Notes: generated from the sequence alone by a model not told the origin. A stretch of 48,893 nucleotides of DNA from Terrimicrobiaceae bacterium (GCA_044342325.1 JBIIPZ010000023.1:1-48893); one strand, 5' to 3'. Positions 36,306-46,470 are shown, counted from the first letter of the stretch. Program-made: numbers and translations.

Positions 36306-37778
36306 ATGAAAAAGACATGGCTTATTCCGTTGCTCTGTCTCCCGGTGGTCACCGCCTGGGCCGCAGAGAATGTTGTTCCGCAAGTCGCATCCGCGCCATC
36401 CGCCCTGCGGCAGTTGAGCGATTCCTTTGCGGCTGTTTTTGAAAAAGCAGCCCCCTCCGTGGTCGTGATCGAATCCCGGCAAGCCGGAGAAAACCCCGTG
36501 TCCGGCCTGCCCGGCGGGTTGGAGTTTTTTTTCCGAGGTCCGAATGGAGCTCCTTACCGCGTGGTTCCCGAGACGAACGCCAACCCCGACACCCCGCCGA
36601 ATATCGGCTCGGGCTTTGTATTCTCTCAGGACGGCCACATTATTACGAACAACCATGTCGTCGCCGGCGCCAGTGAGATCAAGGTGAAGCTCCGCGATGG
36701 ACGCCGCTTCGACGGCGAAATCATCGGTGCCGACGAGCGAAGCGACATCGCGGTGATCAAAATCAAAGCCCCGGATTTGAGTGTGGCCTCGCTCGGCGAC
36801 AGCGATGCTGTGCGCGTGGGTGAACTCGCCTTCGCCATCGGAACTCCTATGGAGCTGCCCTACACCTTCACCTCGGGCATTATCAGCGCCAAAGGCCGCA
36901 CACTCGCCCTCGGCGGGTATTACGACGAGTTCATTCAAACCGATACTTCGATCAACCCCGGCAACAGTGGCGGCCCCCTGTGCGACATCGACGGACGCGT
37001 CGTGGGCATTAATACCCTCATCAGCGGCATCAATCGCGGCGTCGGCTTTGCCATTCCCATCAACACAGCAAAAAACATCGCTGACCAGCTCATGACCAAA
37101 GGCCATGTAAGCCGTCCCTGGCTGGGCATTTCCATAGCCAGTCTGGAAGAGGACAGCCAGCTTCGCCAACTCTTTCCCGGCATCGATCAAGGCGTCGTCC
37201 TTCGAGGCATCGAGCCTGGAGCGCCAGCCCAGCGCAGCGATCTCATCCCCGGGGATGTCATCACCAAAGTGGACGGCAAGTCCGTAAGCGTCTCGGCCGA
37301 CCTCCAGCGCGAGATTCTTGGTAAAAAAATCGGCCAGTCCGTGGAACTCGAGGTCTGGCGAAAGGGCCGCACGCTCCGTGTCAATGTCCAGACCGGCGAG
37401 CAGCCTGATAAATTCGTGCGAGCTTCCATGCGCCCGCCAGGCAAAAATTCTCGCCCTGCTCCAGCTCCGAAGCCCAATGGCGGCGAATACCCCGTCGGCC
37501 CTGGCTTGACCGTGAGCGATGCCACTCCAGCGCTTCTTCAGGAAATGAACATCCAACGCAAATCCAGCGGTGGAGTTCTCGTGACAGAAGTCGCTCCCCT
37601 GAGCCCTGCAGCCGCTGCCGGCGTGGAGCGCGGGGACATCATCACCGAGGCGGGTGGTCGCCCCATTCACAGTAAGAAGGATTTCGAAACCATCTTGGAG
37701 GCCATGGACAATGACCGTGGCATCCTGCTACTCCTCGAACGCGCAGGCCAAAAAACCTTCGCCATCCTCAAACCCTGA
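36306..37778 (+). CDS. HtrA/DegP-family serine protease with two PDZ domains
   Basis: Signal peptide MKKTWLIPLL; GSGF, TNNHVV, DIAVIK, IQTDTSINPGNSGGPL; two PDZ domains. Confidence 0.95.
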   Translation: MKKTWLIPLLCLPVVTAWAAENVVPQVASAPSALRQLSDSFAAVFEKAAPSVVVIESRQAGENPVSGLPGGLEFFFRGPNGAPYRVVPETNANPDTPPNIGSGFVFSQDGHIITNNHVVAGASEIKVKLRDGRRFDGEIIGADERSDIAVIKIKAPDLSVASLGDSDAVRVGELAFAIGTPMELPYTFTSGIISAKGRTLALGGYYDEFIQTDTSINPGNSGGPLCDIDGRVVGINTLISGINRGVGFAIPINTAKNIADQLMTKGHVSRPWLGISIASLEEDSQLRQLFPGIDQGVVLRGIEPGAPAQRSDLIPGDVITKVDGKSVSVSADLQREILGKKIGQSVELEVWRKGRTLRVNVQTGEQPDKFVRASMRPPGKNSRPAPAPKPNGGEYPVGPGLTVSDATPALLQEMNIQRKSSGGVLVTEVAPLSPAAAAGVERGDIITEAGGRPIHSKKDFETILEAMDNDRGILLLLERAGQKTFAILKP

Positions 37779-37951
37779 AATAAAGCGCCGCGCTGTCGGA
37801 ACCAACGGGAGGGTCATCCTCCGGCATGACCCAAATCTCAGCCGCGAAGCAGCGTCCGCCTACGAGACGATGCTTGGGCAGTCGGCATGCGATGAAAGGT
37901 TACGAATTTTTTCTAAAAAAAATCTTCCAACATCCATCATTCCCATTTTGG

Positions 37952-39058
37952 ATGACCGATGTGTCGCCGATCAGGTCTTACATTTCGGGTTTTCTAAAAC
38001 CTTTCATCCCCACTGCGACAGCCGCATTTTTGCTCTTCGCACCGGGCGCAGCCTCTTTCGCCGCTGAACCGCAGGCTTCCCCGATTCCTGAGATTCATCG
38101 GGTCGCAGACATATTCCAACCGCTCTCGCGTCCAGCTGAGTTGCTCCTCGAGCCTACGCACCTCGTGCTCCTCATATGCTTTGGCATTTTTATTGTGGTC
38201 ATGGCCGTGCTGGCTTATGTCCTCATCAAATTCCGCCCGCGTGGACCGGAAGACCATCTCGAGGAGCCTCCGCAGGTTTACGGCAGCTACAATATCGAAA
38301 TGGCCTGGACGGTCATTCCCTGCCTGATCGTTTTCGTGCTTGTCCTCGTTTCCGCCCGCTCGATCGTGGAAATCCAAGATCAGCCCATGCCGGAGGATGC
38401 CCTTGAAATTCGCCTCATCGGCCACCAGTGGTGGTGGGAAATTCAATATCCCGACCTCGGCATCATCACAGCCAACGAAATCCATGTGCCAGTGAGTAGC
38501 AAAGATGGAAAACAGCGCCCGACGCGCATCACACTTGAATCAGCAGATGTCATCCACAGCTTCTGGGTGCCACAACTCGCAGGAAAAACCGACCTCGTCC
38601 CAAACCGCGTCAACCAGACTTGGATCGAGCCTTTCAAAACCGGCGTCTTCCTCGGGAATTGCGCCGAGTATTGCGGCACCCAGCACGCCAACATGCTTCT
38701 GCGCGTCATTGTTCAAACGCCAGAGGATTTCCAAAAATGGGTAGATAATCAACAGCAGCTCCCAGCCGAGCCAAAGGATGCCATCGCCATTCAGGGAAAG
38801 AAGGATTTCTACGAACTCTCCTGTGTCTCCTGCCACAAAATCGAATCGACCCCAGCCGAGGGCGTTTTTGGTCCGGACCTCACGAAATTTGCCATCCGCC
38901 AAACGCTTGGCGCAGGCGTCGCCGACAACACGCCGGAAAATCTCCACGCCTGGCTCCATGATCCAGACTCCCTTAAGCCCGGTTGCTACATGCCGGATAT
39001 GAAACTCTCGCCTCAGCAACTCGACTCGCTCGTGGCCTACCTTCAAACTCTCAAGTAG
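37952..39058 (+). CDS. coxB: Cytochrome c oxidase subunit II with fused cytochrome c (caa3 type)
   Basis: EMAWTVIP, GHQWWW, SADVIHSFW, CuA CAEYCGTQHANM, CVSCH..GPDL..MP. Start uncertain (37826-37952). Confidence 0.93.
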   Translation: MTDVSPIRSYISGFLKPFIPTATAAFLLFAPGAASFAAEPQASPIPEIHRVADIFQPLSRPAELLLEPTHLVLLICFGIFIVVMAVLAYVLIKFRPRGPEDHLEEPPQVYGSYNIEMAWTVIPCLIVFVLVLVSARSIVEIQDQPMPEDALEIRLIGHQWWWEIQYPDLGIITANEIHVPVSSKDGKQRPTRITLESADVIHSFWVPQLAGKTDLVPNRVNQTWIEPFKTGVFLGNCAEYCGTQHANMLLRVIVQTPEDFQKWVDNQQQLPAEPKDAIAIQGKKDFYELSCVSCHKIESTPAEGVFGPDLTKFAIRQTLGAGVADNTPENLHAWLHDPDSLKPGCYMPDMKLSPQQLDSLVAYLQTLK

Positions 39059-39073
39059 CCGCCCACAAGAACC

Positions 39074-40771
39074 ATGTCTCAAGAAACCATCATCGACGAG
39101 AACTACCGCATGCCTGAACCCGTGAGGGTAGGGGAGGAGACGGGTTCGCTGACCCGCGTCATCCAGCAACTGGTCTTCACGGTAGACCACAAAAAACTCG
39201 GCCTCATGTATATCGGGGCGGGACTGCTTTTCTTCGTCATCGCCGGCTTCCTCGCGGCGCTCATGCGCATTCAGTTGGCATTTCCCAACAACCAATTCCT
39301 CCCGCCGGATGTTTTTAACCAGAGCTTCACCATGCACGGCACGACCATGGTGTTTCTCGTCGGCATGCCGCTCGCATTTGGCTTCGCCAACTACCTCGTT
39401 CCACTGATGATCGGTGCGAGGGATATGGCATTCCCTCGCCTGAATGCTTTTGGCTTCTGGGTTTTCTTTTTCAGCGGTTTATTCCTGTATTTCAGCTATG
39501 TCGGCGCACCAGGTCTCTACGCGGCAGGTTCCGCACCGGATGTCGGTTGGTTTGCTTATTCACCATTGACCACCAAGGCCTTCTCTCGTGGACATAGCAC
39601 CGATTACTGGACCCTTTCACTCCTCCTCGGCGGCATCGGCAGTGTGGCAACGGCGCTCAACATCCTCGTCACCGTCTTCTGCATGCGCTGCCCGGGAATG
39701 ACTCTCGGTCGCCTGCCGATTTTCGTTTGGTGCATGGTCGTGTTGGCATTCCTTGTCATTCTGGCCCTGCCTTGCCTCTCGGCTTGCCAAATCATGATTT
39801 CGTTGGACCGCTACCTCGGTGCGAAATTCTTCGACACTCAGGCTGGTGGTGATGCCGTGCTCTGGCAGCATTTCTTTTGGATCTTCGGCCACCCCGAGGT
39901 TTACATCCTCATCATGCCGGCGTTTGCGATTACCTCCGAGGTCATTCCGGTTTTCTCCCGCAAACCCATCTTCGGCTATCCGATCATGGTGGCCGCAGTC
40001 GTGGCGATTGCATTTATCAGCTTGGGCGTCTGGGCCCACCATATGTTCTGTGTAGGCATGGTTTCCCTCGCCAATGCCTTCTTCGTCACCTCGACGCTTC
40101 TTGTTTCGGTTCCCACAGGCATTAAAATCTTCAACTGGCTGGCAACCATGTATGGCGGCAAGCTTCGCTTCGAGTTACCGCTCATTTTCTGCATCGGCTT
40201 CCTCTTCCAGTTCCTCGTCGCTGGTCTCACGGGCGTGATGCTTGCGGTGGCGCCATTTACCTGGCAGCTCAGCGACTCATATTTCGTCGTGGCCCACTTC
40301 CACTATGTGCTCATCGGTGGATTGCTTTTCACGATCTTCGCTGGCATTTATTACTGGTATCCCAAGGCCTTCGGCAAAATGCCCAACTACAAACTTGGAC
40401 TTCTGCACTTCTGGCTCTTCACGATCGGCTTCCATGTGACCTTCCTGCCGCAGCATTTCTTGGGCTTCCTGGGAATGCCCCGCCGTATCTACACCTATCA
40501 AGATGATCGTGGTTGGGACACGATGAACCTCATCTCGACCATCGGCGTGGCCTTCCAAGCCGCTGGCATTCTCTTCTTTGTTTACAATCTCATTTATTCC
40601 TACATTTGGGGCAAAAAGTCCGGCGATGATCCGTGGGACGCCTGGACACTTGAGTGGGCGACCACATCGCCGCCGCCGGAATACAACTTCGCAAAATTAC
40701 CCGTTGTCAAAAGCCGCCGCCCGCTCTGGGATGCCAAACATCCAGAAGATCCAGACTGGAAACACGAATGA
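39074..40771 (+). CDS. coxA: Cytochrome c oxidase subunit I, type A1
   Basis: TVDHKKLG, MHGTTM, DMAFPRLN, FGHPEVY, WAHHMF, VAHFHY, GMPRR. Confidence 0.97.
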   Translation: MSQETIIDENYRMPEPVRVGEETGSLTRVIQQLVFTVDHKKLGLMYIGAGLLFFVIAGFLAALMRIQLAFPNNQFLPPDVFNQSFTMHGTTMVFLVGMPLAFGFANYLVPLMIGARDMAFPRLNAFGFWVFFFSGLFLYFSYVGAPGLYAAGSAPDVGWFAYSPLTTKAFSRGHSTDYWTLSLLLGGIGSVATALNILVTVFCMRCPGMTLGRLPIFVWCMVVLAFLVILALPCLSACQIMISLDRYLGAKFFDTQAGGDAVLWQHFFWIFGHPEVYILIMPAFAITSEVIPVFSRKPIFGYPIMVAAVVAIAFISLGVWAHHMFCVGMVSLANAFFVTSTLLVSVPTGIKIFNWLATMYGGKLRFELPLIFCIGFLFQFLVAGLTGVMLAVAPFTWQLSDSYFVVAHFHYVLIGGLLFTIFAGIYYWYPKAFGKMPNYKLGLLHFWLFTIGFHVTFLPQHFLGFLGMPRRIYTYQDDRGWDTMNLISTIGVAFQAAGILFFVYNLIYSYIWGKKSGDDPWDAWTLEWATTSPPPEYNFAKLPVVKSRRPLWDAKHPEDPDWKHE

Positions 40772-41367
40772 ACTACGCCACCACAGAAAATCCAGCCGAC
40801 TGGAAATTGCCATCCCCAAGGAAGCTTGGCATCCTCACACTCATCCTCGCCGAGTCCGCCCTCTTCACGATCTTCGTCGTGGCCTACCTCTTTTATATGG
40901 GGAAAAGCCTCAACGGCCCGTATCCGCATGAGGTGTTGGAATTCCCGCTCCTCGGCACAATCGCACTCTTCAGCAGCAGTGGCACGATTTTCTTGGCCGA
41001 ACGCTGCCTCCGCGCCGGCAACAAGCCCGGTTTCTCTCTCTGGTGGGGAGTCACAGCAGCCCTTGGTATTTACTTCCTCTACTTCACTGGCGCGGAGTGG
41101 TATCACCTCATTTTTGAAAAAAATCTCACCCTCGCCTCAAATACTTTTGGCACCACATTTTACTCGCTGGTAGGTCTTCATGCCTTCCATGTCATCGTCG
41201 GCGTCCTCCTTCTCTTGGCGATCCTTATTTCTGCCCTGCGCGGACGCCTGCATTCCGACCACACCGAGCATGTCGAAGCCATCTCATACTACTGGCACTT
41301 CGTCGATTGCATCTGGATCGTTGTCCTCACCGTCGTTTACATCCTCAGCGTCCGCGTCCCACAATGA
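40768..41367 (+). CDS. coxC: Cytochrome c oxidase subunit III (short form)
   Basis: ILAESALF, AEWY, FGTTFYSLVGLHAFHV, YYWHFVDCIW. ATG 40768 overlaps the coxA stop. Confidence 0.92.
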   Translation: MNYATTENPADWKLPSPRKLGILTLILAESALFTIFVVAYLFYMGKSLNGPYPHEVLEFPLLGTIALFSSSGTIFLAERCLRAGNKPGFSLWWGVTAALGIYFLYFTGAEWYHLIFEKNLTLASNTFGTTFYSLVGLHAFHVIVGVLLLLAILISALRGRLHSDHTEHVEAISYYWHFVDCIWIVVLTVVYILSVRVPQ

Positions 41368-42185
41368 AAACTCCTGACTCGGAAGACCCCAAATTTGTCG
41401 AAATTCCGGAACCCACTGGTTGGCCCATCATAGCCGCCTTCGGTTTGGTGCTCCTCTTCGCCGGTCTGGTGACCAGTTTCTTCATCACTTTCCTCGGTGT
41501 CCTCATCGCTATTGCCGGATTCGCAGGCTGGTTCCTTGATGTTTTTCCTCATCCAAAACACTTCACCGTTGTGCTTGAAGAGGCGCCTCAACCACACACC
41601 ACAGCCCGTTCCATCAAATACCTCAAGATCGGTCAGCGCGGCCACCGCATGCGCCTCCCCGTGGAAGTTCCGCCACTCATGGCCGGTGTTAAAGGCGGCA
41701 TCGTGGGCGCAGTGGCCATGGCCATACTCGCATGTGCTTGGGGATTTTTTAAATACAACAGCATCTGGTATCCGGTGAATCTCCTCGCAGCCGCAGCCGT
41801 TCCATCACTCGCGGAGGCCTCGCAAGCCGCCCTGTCCCAATTCCACCTCTTGGGCTTCATCGTAGCGGTCATCAGCCACGGATCGGTATCCATCATGATC
41901 GGACTCCTTTACATCGTCCTCCTTCCCATGCTTCCCGCGAAATTCGAGTGGTTCTGGGGCGGTATCATGACGCCCCTCATCTGGAGCGGATTTCTCTTTG
42001 CCACAATCCGTTTCATCAATCCCGCGCTTGCTGTGCATGTCGATTGGCCATGGTTCATCGTTTGCCAAGTCGCGTTCGGCATGGTCTGCGGCTATGTCGT
42101 CTTCAAGGAGGAAAAAGTAGAAACCATGCAGTCGCTCTCACTCGCCGCCAAGCTCGGCATCGAAGCTCCGGAGGAAAACTCATGA
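41364..42185 (+). CDS. Polytopic membrane protein in the oxidase operon (subunit-IV-like N-terminus)
   Basis: P.PTGWPIIAAFG followed by about 6-7 TM helices. 4-bp overlaps with both neighbours. Confidence 0.7.
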   Translation: MKTPDSEDPKFVEIPEPTGWPIIAAFGLVLLFAGLVTSFFITFLGVLIAIAGFAGWFLDVFPHPKHFTVVLEEAPQPHTTARSIKYLKIGQRGHRMRLPVEVPPLMAGVKGGIVGAVAMAILACAWGFFKYNSIWYPVNLLAAAAVPSLAEASQAALSQFHLLGFIVAVISHGSVSIMIGLLYIVLLPMLPAKFEWFWGGIMTPLIWSGFLFATIRFINPALAVHVDWPWFIVCQVAFGMVCGYVVFKEEKVETMQSLSLAAKLGIEAPEENS

Positions 42186-42880
42186 AACGCAGCCTCCTAC
42201 TCATTCCGCTCCTTGCTCTCGTTTCCTGCGATCCTCCAGGAAAACCGACTCTCGCGGACAAATGGAAATCACCCGCCGATGTCACAGGCTTTACGCAACT
42301 CTACGCGCAAAACTGCGTGGCGTGCCATGGTGATGGAAAATCCATCGCCGGCTCAATCACGCTCAAAAATCCCCTCTACCTCGCCATCGTTCCCGAGGAA
42401 AAACTCCGCGATGTCATTGCAAACGGCGTCCCCGGCTACAACATGCCGGCCTTCGCCAGAGAAAATGGCGGATCCCTCTCGGATGAGCAAATCGACACGA
42501 TTGTGAAAGGCCTCATGGACTGGAAGGATGCCTCGAAGCTCCCCGCCGCGCCGCTGCCACCCTACAGCGCGCCACTCGGCGATGTCGCCGCAGGCAAGGC
42601 CGCCTTCGGCCAATCCTGCGCCTCCTGCCATGGAGCCGATGGCACAGGCGGAAAAGCCGGATCCGTCGTGGACCGCGACTACCTCAACCTCGTGAGCAAC
42701 CAATACCTCCGCACCGTGACCATCGCTGGACGCCCCGAACTCGGCTGCCCGGACTTCGCCCATCGCACGCCCGGTTCGCCCATGACGCCTGCCGCCATCT
42801 CGGATATCACCGCTTGGCTGGTCTCCCAGCGCCGCAACGAATTCAATCAACCCATCACGCCAGCTCCCGCTAAAAAATGA
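42182..42880 (+). CDS. Di-heme cytochrome c, probable lipoprotein
   Basis: MKRSLLLIPLLALVSC lipobox-like signal; CVACH and CASCH. Confidence 0.9.
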   Translation: MKRSLLLIPLLALVSCDPPGKPTLADKWKSPADVTGFTQLYAQNCVACHGDGKSIAGSITLKNPLYLAIVPEEKLRDVIANGVPGYNMPAFARENGGSLSDEQIDTIVKGLMDWKDASKLPAAPLPPYSAPLGDVAAGKAAFGQSCASCHGADGTGGKAGSVVDRDYLNLVSNQYLRTVTIAGRPELGCPDFAHRTPGSPMTPAAISDITAWLVSQRRNEFNQPITPAPAKK

Positions 42881-43449
42881 ACCAAGACCCCGCTCAAGAT
42901 CCTAAAGACCAGGCCCCTTGCGCTTGCTCCGGTTCCTCACCCTGCGAGGATCCAAAGAAAAAGACCCGCCGCGAGTTCATGCTGGCTCTTGGTTTCGGCC
43001 TGAATGCCTTAGCTGGTGCCGCCGTGGGTATCCCGCTCCTTGGCTATGTGTTGTCTTCTTTTTTAAAACCCCATCAACTCGATTGGGTGAGCCTCGGACC
43101 AGTCGAAAAATTTCCCGAAGGCAAAACCCGCCTCGGCAATTACAAAAATCCCATCCGCCGTTCCTGGGATGGCTCGACTGCCGACATCCCTTGCTGGGTG
43201 CGACGCATCAAAGGCAATGATTTCCAAGTTTTTGCTATCAATTGCGCCCACCTCGGCTGCCCGGTCCGCTGGTTTGAGGAGTCCAAACTTTTCATGTGCC
43301 CCTGCCACGGCGGAGCCTACTACGAGGACGGTCAGCACGCTGCCGGTCCCCCGCCTCGCGGCCTTTTCACCTACGAATTTAAGATCGACAACGGCAACCT
43401 CATGATCCTCGCAGGAGCCCTGCCGACACTCGCACAGCCCAACGCATGA
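42877..43449 (+). CDS. qcrA: Rieske 2Fe-2S subunit of a cytochrome bc complex
   Basis: Tat-like TRREFM plus TM helix; CAHLGC and CPCHGG; GPPPRGL. Confidence 0.92.
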   Translation: MNQDPAQDPKDQAPCACSGSSPCEDPKKKTRREFMLALGFGLNALAGAAVGIPLLGYVLSSFLKPHQLDWVSLGPVEKFPEGKTRLGNYKNPIRRSWDGSTADIPCWVRRIKGNDFQVFAINCAHLGCPVRWFEESKLFMCPCHGGAYYEDGQHAAGPPPRGLFTYEFKIDNGNLMILAGALPTLAQPNA

Positions 43450-44927
43450 AGGTTCCGATCCAAAAACTTACCGACCTCGGCCTCGGCGTCTTCAATTGGG
43501 TGGATGACCGCCTGCATGTCAAAAAAATCTGGGAATCCACCGCCGGCCACCATGTTCCGCAGAGTGCCGGCAGTTGGTTCTATGTCTTCGGCAGCGCCAC
43601 GCTCCTCTGCTTCATGCTGCAGCTCGTCACTGGCATCATGCTCGCGCTTGTCTATGTGCCTTCCGCTGACGAAGCCTATGCGACACTGGAGTATCTGACC
43701 TACCACCAGCAACTTGGTTGGTTCCTGCGCGCCATGCACTACTGGGGCTCCGACTTCATGGTGGGCATCATGCTCTTGCACATGACGCAAGTTTTCCTCT
43801 TCGGTGCTTACAAATACCCCCGCGAAATCACTTGGCTCTCGGGACTTGCCCTCCTTGTTTGCACCCTCGGCCTTGCCTTCACCGGCCAAGTCTTGCGCTT
43901 CGACGAGGACGCCTACTGGGGTCTCGGTATCGGTGCTGCCATCATGGGACGCGTTCCATTTATCGGCCAGCAACTTGTGGACTTCATGCTTGGTGGCCAG
44001 ATCATCGCCTCCGAAACGCTCTCACGCTTCTTTGCGCTCCATGTTTTTGTTCTCCCAGGCGCCGTCATCGCTCTCGTGAGTCTCCACCTCCGCATGGTCC
44101 TCACCAAGGGTATCAATGAATACCCCGTTCCTGGAATGGTTGTTCGTCGTGAGACTTACGACAAAGAATATGCTGCCATCCTTAAAAAAGAAGGCGTCCC
44201 ATTTTTCCCCAAAGCGATTGATAAAGACATCATCACTGCCGCATTCGTCATCGGCGGTATCGTTACCTGTGCGCTCCTTTTCGGTCCGAAAGGCCCAGGT
44301 GGTCCTGCCGACCCCCTTCAAATCGACGCAAACCCACGCCCCGATTTCTGGTTCCTCTGGATTTTCTCCGTAGCCGCCCTCATGCCTGCGGAAATCGAGA
44401 CCTTCGCTCTTCTCGTTGGCCCAGCCGTTATAGGCCTTGTCCTTGTCGCCCTGCCATTTGTTAACGGCACTGGTGAGAAAAGCTGGCGCCGCCGCCCCGT
44501 GGCAGTCATCGTCACGCTCCTCGTCTGGATTTCCCTTGGAATGCTCACATACCTCGGCGTCACATCCCCATGGTCGCCCGTGATGGATGGTTGGTCCGCC
44601 GAAACCACACCCGACGCCAAAATTCTCAACCGCACGCCCCTCGAACTCCAAGGCGCCGTCACCCTCCAATACAAACAATGCCGCAACTGCCACGCCATCG
44701 ACGGCCTCGGCGGCGAACGCGGCCCCAGCCTCAGCGATGTCGGCCTCCGCCTCACCAAACCCCAACTCGTCCGCCAAGTCGTGCAGGGTGGAGGAAACAT
44801 GCCCGCCTATGGCCAAAACCTCTCACCCAGCGAAGTCGAAGCCCTCGCCCAATACATGATCTCCCTCCGCCCCGAAGGTATCCCCCCCGCCCGCGACACG
44901 ACATTGCCACGCAAACCGAATAATTAA
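43446..44927 (+). CDS. qcrB: Cytochrome b (b6 plus subunit IV fused) with C-terminal cytochrome c
   Basis: QLVTG..YVPS, RAMHYW, LHM..F..AYKYPRE, LSRFFALH, LHL; Qo motif PDFW; C-terminal CRNCH..MP. Confidence 0.92.
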   Translation: MKVPIQKLTDLGLGVFNWVDDRLHVKKIWESTAGHHVPQSAGSWFYVFGSATLLCFMLQLVTGIMLALVYVPSADEAYATLEYLTYHQQLGWFLRAMHYWGSDFMVGIMLLHMTQVFLFGAYKYPREITWLSGLALLVCTLGLAFTGQVLRFDEDAYWGLGIGAAIMGRVPFIGQQLVDFMLGGQIIASETLSRFFALHVFVLPGAVIALVSLHLRMVLTKGINEYPVPGMVVRRETYDKEYAAILKKEGVPFFPKAIDKDIITAAFVIGGIVTCALLFGPKGPGGPADPLQIDANPRPDFWFLWIFSVAALMPAEIETFALLVGPAVIGLVLVALPFVNGTGEKSWRRRPVAVIVTLLVWISLGMLTYLGVTSPWSPVMDGWSAETTPDAKILNRTPLELQGAVTLQYKQCRNCHAIDGLGGERGPSLSDVGLRLTKPQLVRQVVQGGGNMPAYGQNLSPSEVEALAQYMISLRPEGIPPARDTTLPRKPNN

Positions 44928-44953
44928 CCACGGAGGACACGGAGAGCACGGAG
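44922..44953 (+). repeat. REP-like arm (ACCACGGAGGACACGGAGAGCACGGAG family), forward
   Basis: Perfect 32-bp reverse complement of 46471-46502. Confidence 0.92.
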
Positions 44954-45070
44954 AAAATAATGTGTTTAGAAATCTGTAAAATTCGTCTCTCAAATAACAA
45001 AAACACTCCTATCTATTCGCACGCGAGTAATTTGCTTTCACAAACAACAAAAGACTCATATAAAAACCAG

Positions 45071-45110
45071 CCCTCCTCCTCTGTGCTCTCTGTGTCCTCT
45101 GTGGTCAATC
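45071..45110 (-). repeat. REP-like arm, inverted
   Basis: CCTCTGTGCTCTCTGTGTCCTCTGTGGTCAATC; near-perfect reverse complement of the interrupted arm at 46201-46298. Confidence 0.9.
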
Positions 45111-45189
45111 CCAAATAACCGCTTCCGCTCATCCACGACTCCCAAACCACAACCTACCTAAAACTTAACCCTTAATCCTTAAAACTACT

Positions 45190-46206
45190 ATGTCCCAACT
45201 CGGTATGATCGGCCTCGGCCGCATGGGGGCCAATATGGTCCTCCGACTCCTTCGCAACGGCCACAAAGCCAATGTCTTCGACCGCTCGCAAACCGCCATC
45301 GATTCCCTCGTCAAAGAAGGCGCCACTGGCGCGACTTCCCTCGCTGACTTGGTTTCCAAGCTCGAAGCTCCTCGCGCCATTTGGCTTATGGTGCCAGCAG
45401 CTGCGGTGGACTCCACCATCGAGGAACTCCTGCCGCTCCTGGAAAAAGGCGATACCATTATCGACGGCGGCAATTCCTACTACATCGACGATATCCGCCG
45501 CGCCAAGCACATTGCGCCAAAGGGAATCCATTATGTGGATGTCGGAACCAGCGGTGGCGTCTGGGGACTTGAGCGCGGATATTGCATGATGATCGGCGGC
45601 GAGAAGGAAATCGTCCAACGCCTCGACCCGATTTTCCGCACACTCGCACCCGGCATCGGCGACATCCCCCGCACCGTGGGACGCCCTGAAAATCAAGGCA
45701 CTGCCGAACTCGGTTACCTCCACTGCGGAGCCAACGGCGCTGGACATTTCGTGAAAATGGTCCACAACGGCATCGAATACGGCATCATGGCCGCCTACGC
45801 CGAAGGCATGAATGTCCTCAAAAATGCCAATATCGGCACCAAAACCCAAACGATTGACGCCGAAACCACCCCGCTTCGCGACCCTGAGCAATACCAATAC
45901 GACTTCAACCTCACCGACATCTCCGAAGTCTGGCGCCGGGGCAGCGTCGTAGCCAGCTGGCTCCTCGACCTCACCGCAAACTCGCTCGTCAAAGACCCCG
46001 CTCTCACCGACTTCGCCGGCCGAGTCAGCGACTCCGGCGAGGGACGCTGGACCATCAAAGCCGCCATCGACGAAGGCGTCCCCGTCCCAGTCCTCACCAC
46101 AGCCCTCTACGAACGCTTCAGCTCCCGTGGAGATGCCGACTTCCAAGACAAGCTCCTCTCAGCCATGAGATTCCAATTCGGCGGACACCTCGAAAAGAAG
46201 GATTGA
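45190..46206 (+). CDS. gnd: 6-phosphogluconate dehydrogenase, decarboxylating (short YqeC-like form)
   Basis: [56 protein letters not shown]. Confidence 0.96.
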   Translation: MSQLGMIGLGRMGANMVLRLLRNGHKANVFDRSQTAIDSLVKEGATGATSLADLVSKLEAPRAIWLMVPAAAVDSTIEELLPLLEKGDTIIDGGNSYYIDDIRRAKHIAPKGIHYVDVGTSGGVWGLERGYCMMIGGEKEIVQRLDPIFRTLAPGIGDIPRTVGRPENQGTAELGYLHCGANGAGHFVKMVHNGIEYGIMAAYAEGMNVLKNANIGTKTQTIDAETTPLRDPEQYQYDFNLTDISEVWRRGSVVASWLLDLTANSLVKDPALTDFAGRVSDSGEGRWTIKAAIDEGVPVPVLTTALYERFSSRGDADFQDKLLSAMRFQFGGHLEKKD

Positions 46207-46298
46207 CCACAACCGAGCGAAGCGAGATGGAGCGCCAAAGGCGGCCCCGAAGGGGTGAGCGAAGCGAATCAAAGGACACAGAGAGCACAGAGGAGGGG
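46201..46298 (+). repeat. REP-like arm, forward, interrupted by a 60-bp insertion
   Basis: GATTGACCACAA-[46213-46272]-AGGACACAGAGAGCACAGAGGAGGG. Confidence 0.85.
46213..46272. mobile_element. 60-bp miniature insertion with GCGAAGC mini-hairpins and a possible CAA duplication
   Basis: Absent from the four other arms; CAA at 46210-46212 and 46270-46272; GAGCGAAGCGA direct repeats at 46215 and 46257. Confidence 0.65.
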
Positions 46299-46371
46299 AT
46301 GAAGAATTAAAACTAATGTGTAAAAACACATAGTTAAAACTTCATCATCAACCTAAAAAAGCATAAAAATT

Positions 46372-46401
46372 TTAACCGCGGAGGACACGGAGATCACGGA
46401 G
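46372..46401 (+). repeat. REP-like arm, forward
   Basis: TTAACCGCGGAGGACACGGAGATCACGGAG; 2 mismatches to 44924-44953. Confidence 0.9.
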
Positions 46402-46470
46402 AAAATTTTAAAGCTTAAAGATGCCCCCTTACTTTCCTCCCTTAAAAATAATTCAAAACCTCTTCTTCTA

